A DNA stretch of 32,000 nt, from positions 720,001-752,000 of the forward strand of contig NC_013849.1 of the NCBI RefSeq assembly GCF_000025505.1, written 5' to 3'. The notes beneath the pieces were generated by a model. It was not told the origin of the DNA, searched no databases, and worked only from the letters and a program-made list of their open reading frames with translations. The position numbers and the translations under genes are program-made. The stretch is from Ferroglobus placidus DSM 10642 (GTDB lineage Archaea; Halobacteriota; Archaeoglobi; Archaeoglobales; Archaeoglobaceae). Below are positions 1-7,879 of this stretch, one piece after another (positions within the stretch are counted from its first letter, which is position 1; each line of letters opens with the position of its first letter).

Positions 1-458
1 CCGTTGGGAAAAACGGTATCTCCGCTGAAGAGAATTTTTTCGTCCTCCTCATACAAGCAAATGCTTCCCGGCGTATGACCGGGAGTGTGAAGAACTCTCA
101 GAGATAATTCTCCAAGATCTATGTAATCCCCCTCATCGACCTCAACATCTGGGGAGAAGGGAGGATACTTTATGTTAAAAAAAACGGTCGAAAATCCCGT
201 GGACTTAACGAACTCGTACTCGTCGGGATGAATCACTACTTTAGCTCCGCATATCCTCTTCAAATCGGCTGTTGCCGCAGCGTGGTCAAAGTGGGAGTGG
301 GTAAGGATGATGTAATCGATTTCCTTAGGATTCACGAACTTTTTAAGTCTCTCAACGAGAAAAACCGCATCTCCCCCAGTGTCGACTACGGCTTTCTTCT
401 CATCATCTATGAAGTATACGTTTGCCGCAAGCGGAGGAGCGACGATTCTGTGTATCAT
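1..458 (-). CDS. MBL-fold metallo-hydrolase (glyoxalase II-like); C-terminus runs off the window
   Basis: My own reverse-strand translation from ATG at 458 gives MIHRIVAPPLAANVYFIDD...YIILTHSHFDHAAA...LHTPGHTPGS with the HxHxDH zinc motif. It is absent from the ORF track because it has no stop in the window. Its start makes an ATGA overlap with the EF-1beta stop. Confidence 0.8.
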   Translation of the reverse strand, partial: MIHRIVAPPLAANVYFIDDEKKAVVDTGGDAVFLVERLKKFVNPKEIDYIILTHSHFDHAAATADLKRICGAKVVIHPDEYEFVKSTGFSTVFFNIKYPPFSPDVEVDEGDYIDLGELSLRVLHTPGHTPGSICLYEEDEKILFSGDTVFPN

Positions 459-721
459 ATAAGCTCCTGGCTTTCTATCTCCACGCTTTCGACTCCCTCG
501 ATGCTTTTAATGTTCTCCACGAGCTTATCTCCGATTCCTTCTTCGTCCGGCATCACAGCCAAGACGAGCAAAGCTTTAAGACCAAAAGCTATCGGTTGAA
601 TGGCGAAGTCCTTTATCTCAACGTTTTCTGGAGCGACTTTCTTCACTTCCTCCTTTACTTTCTCAAGATCCACTTCCACGTCGCTCGGCATTACCCTCAG
701 CTTCATGTAAACTTTCCCCAT
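455..721 (-). CDS. ef1b: Translation elongation factor aEF-1beta
   Basis: The 88-aa product MGKVYMKLRVMPSDVEVDLEKVK...QPIAFGLKAL...IEGVESVEI matches the archaeal EF-1beta pattern in length and motifs. Confidence 0.9.
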   Translation of the reverse strand: MGKVYMKLRVMPSDVEVDLEKVKEEVKKVAPENVEIKDFAIQPIAFGLKALLVLAVMPDEEGIGDKLVENIKSIEGVESVEIESQELI

Positions 722-730
722 TTCACCACC

Positions 731-889
731 TCACGGTCCTTCGAAGCCACAGCTACACACGTAATGATTTCCAAGCTGCCTGCACTTCTTACAGCGGTAA
801 ATTATCTCCCCGCAGTTAGGACACGGAAAGGCTATGTAGTTCGGACCAAACAGAGTAGCGTTGCAGGTGATACAGTGCTTTATTTCCAT
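731..889 (-). CDS. 52-aa zinc-ribbon protein (COG2888-type, the usual neighbour of aEF-1beta)
   Basis: Hand translation gives MEIKHCITCNATLFGPNYIAFPCPNCGEIIYRCKKCRQLGNHYVCSCGFEGP*. It has four Cys pairs (CxxC x3 plus CxC). It is below the ORF-track size cutoff and exactly fills the gap between the two flanking genes. Confidence 0.75.
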   Translation of the reverse strand: MEIKHCITCNATLFGPNYIAFPCPNCGEIIYRCKKCRQLGNHYVCSCGFEGP

Positions 890-890
890 C

Positions 891-1481
891 TCACCACCTC
901 CCTATCAGTGTTCCAACAGCACTTCCTCTCAATATATAATTTTTTACCCTTCCTCTGACGAAGCCGTTGCAGACGAAAATTTCAACTCCAAACTTCTCAG
1001 CAAGCTTTACCGCCAGAGAATCTATGCAGCTTTTTTCCGGAACTTCGTCGTAGTTGAGTTTTTCGGCGAGCTTTCCGTTTACAAAAATTCCGTCAACATC
1101 CGTTACCTTCACAACTTTCCTAATCCCAAGTTTTCCGGCAACCCAAACAGCTACGCTGTCTGAAGTTGCTTCCCAAGAATGGGGGAGTTCGTCGTACTTC
1201 CTCACGAGGGAATAGGGAAGAAGAACCTTCATTCCTTCCAGCTTGAAGTTGAAATCGTCAGCTTCGAGTGTTTCTGCGAAGCTTGATAGGTAGAGTCCGT
1301 AGACGTCCATAGCCTTTAAAGCCATCCAGTGTGCCGTGTCGTCATCCAGATCCATAAGTCTGACTATGTCCGCGAAAACCCAGCCTCCGGGAATTATCAA
1401 ACAGTCTTTTCCCGTCGATTTTATTTCCTCAATAACTTCCTTAGCCCTTTTAAAAACGCTTCCTCCGACTTTAACTATCAT
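891..1481 (-). CDS. Amino-acid-kinase-fold small kinase, MfnE-like (candidate [5-(aminomethyl)furan-3-yl]methyl phosphate kinase, methanofuran biosynthesis)
   Basis: The N-terminus MIVKVGGSVF...LIIPGGW has the glycine-rich kinase motifs, and the protein is 196 aa. It overlaps the upstream ASKHA gene by 11 nt. The MfnE assignment is from recalled family resemblance and is not verified. Confidence 0.55.
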   Translation of the reverse strand: MIVKVGGSVFKRAKEVIEEIKSTGKDCLIIPGGWVFADIVRLMDLDDDTAHWMALKAMDVYGLYLSSFAETLEADDFNFKLEGMKVLLPYSLVRKYDELPHSWEATSDSVAVWVAGKLGIRKVVKVTDVDGIFVNGKLAEKLNYDEVPEKSCIDSLAVKLAEKFGVEIFVCNGFVRGRVKNYILRGSAVGTLIGRW

Positions 1482-2403
1482 CTTTTAACAGCTCCGCCAC
1501 TGCAAAAGCCGGAAATATCTTAGAAATTTCTCTGCCGAACTCTTTCGAAAGAGATACGTATTCCGCTCCTACTCTTTTCGCAGCTTCCTCTATCAAAACT
1601 TCCCCCATTCCGCAACCGATTACTCTCTCTATACCGTAGCTTTCCATTTTCTCCCAAACCGCCTTCTCAATTTTAGCCAGCATAACCTCGTAAACTTCCC
1701 TCGAAATTCTCTTAACCTCCTCTTCACCGATCTCATCGAGGTCTGCGCAAAACTGCCTCGAAATTCTCTGCATGCACTCCTCGACGCTTCTCCCTCTTCC
1801 GTCAGGAGTTTCGCAGCTGTAGTCCTCCTCATCTATAATTCCGAGAACTCGCATAGCGTCGGCGGAAATAGAAAAAAGCTCAGAAGAGATCTCTTTAAAG
1901 GAGAGAAGGTAGCAAAGCGGTGTTCGGAGCATTCCAAAATACAGCAGCTCTCCTCTCTTCAACCTCTCGTAATCCGTTTTTGCCGCAAGAATTTTTTCCT
2001 TAAAAGGAATTACGTCGCAAGTAGTCGAGCCGAGATCGACGAAAATGAAGCTCTCGTAAATTCTCGAAAGGTATTTTACCGAAGCTACCCAGTTCGCAGC
2101 CGAGAAGTTGAGAGGATTATCAACTCTCTCTTTCAATTCGCCGTTGAGATCGAGGAAGTAAACGTCTCCGGAAACGTTCTCAGTAATCGATTTTTCTATA
2201 AACCTCACCCCCTCCTCTTTGCTTTTGAACGCGTCAGACAGCTCTGCGGTGATGACAACTCCTATTTTCTCCCCATCAATTTCGAGACTCCTTATGAATT
2301 CCGGAAAGTCGTCCCTCCTCTTCCAGAAAGGGAAGTAATAACTTTCAGCTCTTCCCCTCCAGATCTTTAAATTCGCTCCTCCAACGTCAATCCCAATAAT
2401 CAT
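1471..2403 (-). CDS. ASKHA-fold ATPase, hydantoinase/oxoprolinase-like (H4MPT-linked C1-transfer pathway protein type)
   Basis: It carries MIIGIDVGGANLK (phosphate-1), FVDLGSTTCDV (phosphate-2) and VIGCGMGEVL (adenosine motif). It overlaps both neighbouring genes. Confidence 0.6.
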   Translation of the reverse strand: MIIGIDVGGANLKIWRGRAESYYFPFWKRRDDFPEFIRSLEIDGEKIGVVITAELSDAFKSKEEGVRFIEKSITENVSGDVYFLDLNGELKERVDNPLNFSAANWVASVKYLSRIYESFIFVDLGSTTCDVIPFKEKILAAKTDYERLKRGELLYFGMLRTPLCYLLSFKEISSELFSISADAMRVLGIIDEEDYSCETPDGRGRSVEECMQRISRQFCADLDEIGEEEVKRISREVYEVMLAKIEKAVWEKMESYGIERVIGCGMGEVLIEEAAKRVGAEYVSLSKEFGREISKIFPAFAVAELLKDDS

Positions 2404-3145
2404 CGAGGGTCACCTGCTCCTCGAAACTGAAGGTTTGAAAGTCGTAGCCGAGAGGATAGTCAGATTTCGGCGGATAAAAATGACCGACGTGCGTAAAAAC
2501 GACTTTCTTCGCCTTTATTTTTTTCGCAAGAGACAAGGCTTCCGAAGCGTTCATATGCTTCTTCAGCTTGTATCCTGCTGGAGCTATCGCGTCAACGATA
2601 AAAAGATCCGGGTTCATCATCTCCTTAATCGATCTCTGAGGAATGTTCGAATTCGTGTCTCCACTCACGACAACTTTAATTCCGCCCTTTCTTATCACAA
2701 CACCGTGAGCTCTTCTTAAGGGGGGATGATTTACGTCGAAAAGCGTAAACTCCAAACCGAAGATTTTGAAAGGCTCGTAGGCTTCAACCTCGAAGGGGCG
2801 GTATTTCATGAAAAACATAAATCTGCCGATGTCCTCGTGAACCTCTGGAGATGTGTAAACGTTCACGTTGCTTTGAACTCTGTAAAAATCTCCAAAACCG
2901 GCGAAGTGATCGTAGTGGCAGTGGGTCCATATGACGGCATCAACCTTATCTACGTTCATTCTCAAAAGCTGCGTGCGCATGTCTGGAGAAGTGTCGACGA
3001 GTATGTTCCTTCCCTCATTTTGGACTAAAACCGAAAACCTCTTCCTCTCCCAGCCGTTTTTTCTCGCATCTTCGCAAGTTTGGCAGTGGCAGCCTATTAC
3101 CGGCGTTCCGGGAGAGTCGCCGGTGCCAAGAAGGACGACCCTCAT
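2387..3145 (-). CDS. MBL-fold metallo-hydrolase, PhnP/PqqB-like
   Basis: It starts MRVVLLGTGDSPGTPVIGCHCQTCEDAR (Cys cluster) and contains WTHCHYDHFAG (HxHxDH). It overlaps the downstream ASKHA gene by 17 nt. Confidence 0.75.
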   Translation of the reverse strand: MRVVLLGTGDSPGTPVIGCHCQTCEDARKNGWERKRFSVLVQNEGRNILVDTSPDMRTQLLRMNVDKVDAVIWTHCHYDHFAGFGDFYRVQSNVNVYTSPEVHEDIGRFMFFMKYRPFEVEAYEPFKIFGLEFTLFDVNHPPLRRAHGVVIRKGGIKVVVSGDTNSNIPQRSIKEMMNPDLFIVDAIAPAGYKLKKHMNASEALSLAKKIKAKKVVFTHVGHFYPPKSDYPLGYDFQTFSFEEQVTLDDYWD

Positions 3146-3147
3146 TT

Positions 3148-4374
3148 TCAGTAGGATTTTTTAAGTTTAATCCTGCTCTTCATCTCCTCTATCGCCTTCA
3201 TTAGGTCGTCCATCGTAGGAACTCTTCTTCCTTCAATCAGTGCTGTGAGAACAGCTTCCCTCACAATGAGCTTTATTTCCGCTCCGGTAAACCCTTCGGT
3301 CTCTTCAACAAGTCTATCGATATCGTAGCTGTTGTCGAGCTTTGACAGCATCATTTCAAATATCCTTCTCCTCACTCTCTCCGAAGGTTCCGGAAATTCA
3401 ACGATTTTGTCGAACCTCCTCCACACAGCTGCATCGAGCAAGCTCGGATGATTTGTTGCAGCTATCAATAAAACTCCGTGCTCGACAAGGTTTATCTCGT
3501 CTATCGATTTGAGGAGCGTGTTAACAGCCCTCTTTACAGCCGCGTGCTCGTCGCTCGTTCTAGTTTTTGCAACGTAATCGAACTCGTCTATGAACAGAAT
3601 GCAGGGGCTCAGTTTCTTAGCTATCTCAAAAACCTTCTCAATGTTCTTCGAAGTCTCTCCCAGATACTGGCTTGTTATCATCGAAAGCCTTACCTCCACT
3701 AAAGGCAGCATCAGCTTTTTGCTCAAAGCTCTTGCAGTGGTCGTTTTTCCCGTCCCAGGCGGTCCGACGAAAAGGAGTTTGCCTATGTCGGTTAAGCCAA
3801 TTCTTCTGAGGTATTCCCTCTCCTTTATGGCAATCTCTATTTTCCTAACTTCCAGCAGCTGCTCATCTTCAAGGGCAACATCGCTGAAGTCTACGTTTAT
3901 CTCTTCGGGAGAAAATACTCTCACGAGAGAGAGCATTTCAGCGTAACTTTCATCTTTGGAAAGCTCTTCGATCTTTAGCTTAACCCATTCTCTATCAGAA
4001 TAAACCGGCTCAACTTCCCTCTTCACATCCTCATATGAAACTCCAACTGAATCGAAGTTCTGGAAATAGTAAGCTAAGACGGGATTCTTCTTAATTAGGT
4101 CAATTCCGTTCTTTACGAACCACTTCGCAGCAAGGTCGAGGGAGGTAATTTTGAACTGCTTGTTGAAGTTGTTGAAGTCTACGAAAGGAAGCTTCTTTAC
4201 CTCCTCAGCGTTACCGAACTTCTTCAGCATGTCGTACTTAACTACGAGAGGTCTCCTTATTCCTCCATTCTGATAAAAGAGTTTTCTAAGCTCTTTAGGA
4301 ATGTCGTCCTCTTTCAACTCTTCGAAGCGATTGTAAATCTCAGCCGTCAGCAGAACCTCGATCAGCTTGATCAT
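3148..4374 (-). CDS. Classic-clade AAA+ ATPase with an unrecognised ~200-aa N-terminal domain
   Basis: It has Walker A GPPGTGKT, Walker B ILFIDEFD, a second region of homology ATNHPSLLDAAVWRRFD, and a C-terminal lid helix. I prefer ATG 4374 (MIKLIE) because AAGGTGG lies 5-9 nt upstream; the ORF track starts at GTG 4383. Confidence 0.85.
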   Translation of the reverse strand: MIKLIEVLLTAEIYNRFEELKEDDIPKELRKLFYQNGGIRRPLVVKYDMLKKFGNAEEVKKLPFVDFNNFNKQFKITSLDLAAKWFVKNGIDLIKKNPVLAYYFQNFDSVGVSYEDVKREVEPVYSDREWVKLKIEELSKDESYAEMLSLVRVFSPEEINVDFSDVALEDEQLLEVRKIEIAIKEREYLRRIGLTDIGKLLFVGPPGTGKTTTARALSKKLMLPLVEVRLSMITSQYLGETSKNIEKVFEIAKKLSPCILFIDEFDYVAKTRTSDEHAAVKRAVNTLLKSIDEINLVEHGVLLIAATNHPSLLDAAVWRRFDKIVEFPEPSERVRRRIFEMMLSKLDNSYDIDRLVEETEGFTGAEIKLIVREAVLTALIEGRRVPTMDDLMKAIEEMKSRIKLKKSY

Positions 4375-4427
4375 GTGAACCACCTTAACCCAAGTGCTTT
4401 ATCAGAGCGATTTTAAAATCTTTCCCT

Positions 4428-5195
4428 CTAAAGCTCCTTTATATCGAACTTCAAATCTTCATCGATGAGCGTCCTAAGCAAATCATCGAGCATGTTTTCT
4501 ACGCAGAGAACGATCACTCCGCTACCCATGTGGGCAGCTTCAACACACACAGCCTTACCTCCGAAGAATATCGGCTCAACTCCAGCCTTTCTCGAAGCTA
4601 CAAGCGCTTCAACTCCTACACTCACGACTATGCTCTTAGGTCTGCTCCATATGAGCTCCCGAAGCTTCTCTATGTTTACCTTTCTGCTTCCTCCTTCCAC
4701 TACGTCCGGAACTTTCACGACTATGATCTCTCCCTTTTCCTTGGGAAGCTCAAAGCCAGCGGTGGGTTTTACAAGCACATCCTCCCCGTCTTCAGCGGAT
4801 ATTAAAGCTACGCCGTTCCCCTTCTCATCCCTCTTTGCGTAAATGTAACCATCTTCGATCCAGAACCTTACGTTGTCTCCTTCCTCGATTTTTCCCACGG
4901 CAATAGCCACAACCTGATCGGAGTAAATCTTTTTAATGAGGTCCTCAGCGAAAGAGTGCAAGTCGAAGAGGTTTTCTCTCAACCACTCCTTCCCCCTCTC
5001 CGTCACCTCGTAGTAACCTCTATGCACAGCCTTGACCAACCCTTCGCTTATCAGCTCTTTGAAATGTTCTGAAACAGCCTGAGGAGTTATTCCAAGCTTC
5101 TTCGCTATATCCCTCTGACTGCTGTCCTTCCTCTTCATCAACTCCGAAAGAATTAGGAACTTCACGGTGTCTTTTCTACTCAGAAGCACTTTCAT
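4428..5195 (-). CDS. Winged-helix (MarR/ArsR-like) transcriptional regulator with a ~190-aa C-terminal domain of unknown function
   Basis: The HTH region reads FLILSELMKRKDSSQRDIAKKLGITPQAVSEHFKELISEGLVK. I prefer the start at internal Met24 (ATG 5195, MKVLLS) because a TATA-like TTTTTATTTT sits about 25 nt upstream. The 23-codon extension in the ORF track also covers a palindrome. Confidence 0.7.
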   Translation of the reverse strand: MKVLLSRKDTVKFLILSELMKRKDSSQRDIAKKLGITPQAVSEHFKELISEGLVKAVHRGYYEVTERGKEWLRENLFDLHSFAEDLIKKIYSDQVVAIAVGKIEEGDNVRFWIEDGYIYAKRDEKGNGVALISAEDGEDVLVKPTAGFELPKEKGEIIVVKVPDVVEGGSRKVNIEKLRELIWSRPKSIVVSVGVEALVASRKAGVEPIFFGGKAVCVEAAHMGSGVIVLCVENMLDDLLRTLIDEDLKFDIKEL

Positions 5196-5235
5196 TCCAA
5201 TTCCACTTGAGAGAAGAAAATAAAAAGATTTGCAT

Positions 5236-5249
5236 TTGTATGCATACAA
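5236..5249. promoter_or_regulatory. Perfect 14-bp palindrome TTGTATGCATACAA in a divergent promoter region
   Basis: I read it directly from the sequence. It lies just upstream of the wHTH gene TATA and upstream of the + strand UPF0058 gene. It is a candidate autoregulatory operator. Confidence 0.35.
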
Positions 5250-5317
5250 GTGACTCACTATCAAAACCCCAACAACTTTTTTAAAAGGATAATCGAAAAT
5301 AATGACGGTGAGTGCGA

Positions 5318-5587
5318 ATGCACAAGGAAGAGCTTGTTATGTTGCATTTAACGCTGTTTCACATTAAAAGGTTTTTCGAAGAGGCGGGCATAGCAAACGG
5401 CTACTTTAAGGAATATGAAAAACTCGGCGTACAGCCAGTACACATCCACAAAAGCAAATCGGACCACCAAAAAGCTATTTTTACCCTTTGTAAAGCTATT
5501 ACCGAAATTTTCAAAGAAAGAAGGATTGAAAGCATTCTCGACGATCCAAAGGTTAGAGAAGCACTTTCAAAGTTTGAGCTGCATTAA
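5318..5587 (+). CDS. Small conserved archaeal protein, UPF0058-like
   Basis: MHKEELVMLHLTLFHIKRFFEE... resembles the UPF0058 N-terminus by recall. The start is either ATG 5318 or GTG 5312. A TTTTTTAAAAGG TATA-like element lies about 30 nt upstream. Confidence 0.5.
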   Translation: MHKEELVMLHLTLFHIKRFFEEAGIANGYFKEYEKLGVQPVHIHKSKSDHQKAIFTLCKAITEIFKERRIESILDDPKVREALSKFELH

Positions 5588-5998
5588 ATAAGCATCTTCA
5601 CCATCGCTGTAGTATTTTTCAAGTTTTCCAACGATTTCAAACCCATATTTTTTATACAACTCCTGAGCTTTCAAATTTGAAATTCTAACTTCGAGAGTTA
5701 TCGTTTTCTTCTTCCTCTTTCTGCATCTCCTTATAGCCTCCTCAAGCAAAGCTTTACCTATTCCCTTCCCTCTGTAATCGGATTTAACGGCTATGGACAT
5801 TATTTTCGCTCCTTCGCCCAAGTCCATGAGGACTACGTATCCTATAACTCTGCCGTTCTTCTCAGCAACGATTATGTCGCTTCCGTAAGCGAGATATATG
5901 AATAGATCGTAGGAGGGATTGAGGGAGTTGAAAGCTTCTCTATCTATTTCGATTATGTCGCTCGAATCAGACGCCCTAAAGTCTCTTATTTTGAACAT
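5567..5998 (-). CDS. GNAT N-acetyltransferase, RimI/Ard1-like
   Basis: It has the acetyl-CoA motif SIAVKSDYRGKGIGKALLEE and is 143 aa, which is typical of protein N-terminal acetyltransferases. Confidence 0.8.
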   Translation of the reverse strand: MFKIRDFRASDSSDIIEIDREAFNSLNPSYDLFIYLAYGSDIIVAEKNGRVIGYVVLMDLGEGAKIMSIAVKSDYRGKGIGKALLEEAIRRCRKRKKKTITLEVRISNLKAQELYKKYGFEIVGKLEKYYSDGEDAYLMQLKL

Positions 5999-6013
5999 CG
6001 AAAAAATACAAAT

Positions 6014-6388
6014 GTGACGAAATTTAAAGCTCTTGGCGAATACATAGCCAACAACTACAGCGGAAAGATCGTCGAGGTTGGAGTGGGTAGCTATTACGAA
6101 GTGGCTGAATACTTAAAGCGGAGAGGTTTTGAAGTCGTAACAATCGACATTTCTCCGAGAAGGGAAGAGACGATAAAGGATGACGTTTTAAATCCGAGAG
6201 TGGAGATTTACGAGGGAGCAAGTTTAATCTACGCCATCCGTCCCCCTTATGAGATTCAGGAAAGCATAATAAAGCTCGCGGAAAAAATTGGGTGCGATGC
6301 GATAATAGTTCCCCTTAAAAGCGAAGTAGTTGAAGGGGGAAAGCTCACAACTTACAGAGGTGTTTCGTTCTATGTCTTCCGTCGTTAG
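6014..6388 (+). CDS. UPF0146 family protein (Rossmann/methyltransferase-like fold)
   Basis: The pattern KIVEVGVGSYYEVAEYL...VVTIDISP...LIYAIRPPYEIQ...IIVPL matches the UPF0146 pattern. The start codon is GTG. Confidence 0.6.
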   Translation: MTKFKALGEYIANNYSGKIVEVGVGSYYEVAEYLKRRGFEVVTIDISPRREETIKDDVLNPRVEIYEGASLIYAIRPPYEIQESIIKLAEKIGCDAIIVPLKSEVVEGGKLTTYRGVSFYVFRR

Positions 6389-6887
6389 GTTTCTGTTCGA
6401 GCTTGCGAGCTTGAAAAACGTTCCGAGAAGCGGATGGTTAAAACTCGGAATAGTTGAGCCGGAAAGCGTGGCGGAGCATTCCTTCCTTACTGCTGCGATA
6501 GCATTCATTCTCGCCTACATGGAGACGAAGAGTTTGGATGAAGCTTCAAAAGCTTGCGTCGCAGCTTTATTCCACGATGCCCACGAAACGAGAACCCTCG
6601 ATTTGCACAAGCTCGCGAGGAAATACGTAAAGGTTGACGAGGAAAAGGCGAGAAAAGACATGTTCAACTTCGAAAGTGGGGAGGAGGTAATTAAGCTCGT
6701 TAAAGAGTACGAGGATTTCGTGAAGGATGCCGACAAGCTTGAGCTTTTAATTCAAGCGAAAATATACTCGAAGAACTACGACAGCATGTTTTACGTTAGG
6801 GACTTAAAATTTAAAACGAAATCCGCAAAAATTCTCGCTGAGGAGATAAGAGAGGCAGATGAAAGGTGGTGGAGAGAAGTTGAATAA
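6372..6887 (+). CDS. HD-domain phosphohydrolase (YfbR-like 5'-nucleotidase family)
   Basis: It contains RSGW...ESVAEHSF...LFHDAHETRTLDLHK, giving the H...HD...E/D metal ligands. I prefer the start at ATG 6372; the ORF track gives 6330. Confidence 0.75.
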   Translation: MSSVVRFLFELASLKNVPRSGWLKLGIVEPESVAEHSFLTAAIAFILAYMETKSLDEASKACVAALFHDAHETRTLDLHKLARKYVKVDEEKARKDMFNFESGEEVIKLVKEYEDFVKDADKLELLIQAKIYSKNYDSMFYVRDLKFKTKSAKILAEEIREADERWWREVE

Positions 6888-7371
6888 GTTTATAGTTGAC
6901 AGAATGCTCGGAAAACTCGCAACCTGGCTGAGAATTTCCGGATACGACACACTATACGTTGGGGATTTTAATGTGGAAGACGAGGACAAGTTTCTGCTTG
7001 AAGAACATAGAGACAGAGTTCTACTTACGAGAGATAAACAGTTGTACGAAGCGAGCGTAAAAAGCGGGAGAAAAGCTATACTTATTACTTCAGACAGCGT
7101 TGAAGAGCAGCTTAAACAGATGAAAAAACTCGGCGTTGAGATAAAAATAGTCATGGACAGGTGCAGCGTTTGTAACAGTCTGCTGAGAAAACCGAGCGAC
7201 GAAGAGGCGTTGAGGGTAATGAAGAGGGAAGGTATCTCCGAAGATTTAAGAAAGAAGTACGAACTTTGGTATTGCGAGAAGTGCGACAAGCTTTACTGGA
7301 TGGGGAGCCACTGGAGAAACATGGTCAAGTTTCTTAAGAAGATCGAAGATGATAACTCTGTGTCTCGTTAA
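6859..7371 (+). CDS. Mut7-C (DUF82) PIN-like ribonuclease with C-terminal zinc ribbon
   Basis: FIVDRMLGKLATWLRISGYDT...VLLTRD...RCSVCN...YCEKCDKLYWMGSHW is a near-textbook Mut7-C signature. The start is ATG 6859 or TTG 6880. Confidence 0.75.
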   Translation: MKGGGEKLNKFIVDRMLGKLATWLRISGYDTLYVGDFNVEDEDKFLLEEHRDRVLLTRDKQLYEASVKSGRKAILITSDSVEEQLKQMKKLGVEIKIVMDRCSVCNSLLRKPSDEEALRVMKREGISEDLRKKYELWYCEKCDKLYWMGSHWRNMVKFLKKIEDDNSVSR

Positions 7372-7879
7372 CACTTACGACAAGCTCAAGCTGCACGAAG
7401 CGCACCTCAGAAGCATCGCAAGAATAGCACCCATCTGCTACGCTTTCGATTTTCACCTTGCTCTTTACGATTTTCCCTTCTGGAAAAGAGAGGAAGAAGT
7501 TGTAGATGCTGTTTGCGATTATACGACCATAGGCGAGGGAGGAAAATATTTAAGAGAACTCCACGAATCCGGGAAATTCCACCTAATAGAGAGTTTCGAG
7601 TCGAGGTTCGGAGAAATCGTGGCTACAACATCCAAACCGGACGAGAGTAAGAAGATATCGCTGGACGACATAGCGAGATTTAGGTCGGCGATATTTTTAT
7701 TTGGTCTCGGGAGGAAGGGTTTGCCGAAGGATGTGTTGAAAAAGGCAAAATACCACTTCGAGGCTACGGGGAAAAACGTTAGCCTCGAAACCTGCACAGC
7801 TATAGGAGTCGTTGCCACGCTGATATGGGTGGTTAGGCATGGAAGACATAAGAATGTGTCCGAAACACGGGTTTTATAG
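7349..7879 (+). CDS. Archaeal conserved protein, DUF531/SPOUT-methyltransferase-like
   Basis: The C-terminal LFGLGRKGLPKDVL...NVSLETCTAIGVVA resembles the SPOUT knot motifs. The family name is recalled and not verified. Confidence 0.45.
   Translation: MITLCLVNTYDKLKLHEAHLRSIARIAPICYAFDFHLALYDFPFWKREEEVVDAVCDYTTIGEGGKYLRELHESGKFHLIESFESRFGEIVATTSKPDESKKISLDDIARFRSAIFLFGLGRKGLPKDVLKKAKYHFEATGKNVSLETCTAIGVVATLIWVVRHGRHKNVSETRVL

Noticed and set aside
228-958. Plus-strand ORFs 228-599 and 422-958 (123 and 178 aa)
   Set aside because: They lie antisense to three well-supported minus-strand genes (MBL hydrolase, EF-1beta, Zn-ribbon). They have Ser/Leu/Phe-rich low-complexity composition and no recognisable motifs.
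4465-4842. Plus-strand ORFs 4465-4842 and 4530-4805
   Set aside because: They lie antisense to the wHTH regulator gene and encode low-complexity Ser/Thr-rich products.
6804-7289. 161-aa minus-strand ORF rich in Ser/Leu
   Set aside because: It lies antisense to the strongly supported Mut7-C gene. The composition is typical of the reverse frame of a Glu/Lys-rich gene, and no motifs are present.
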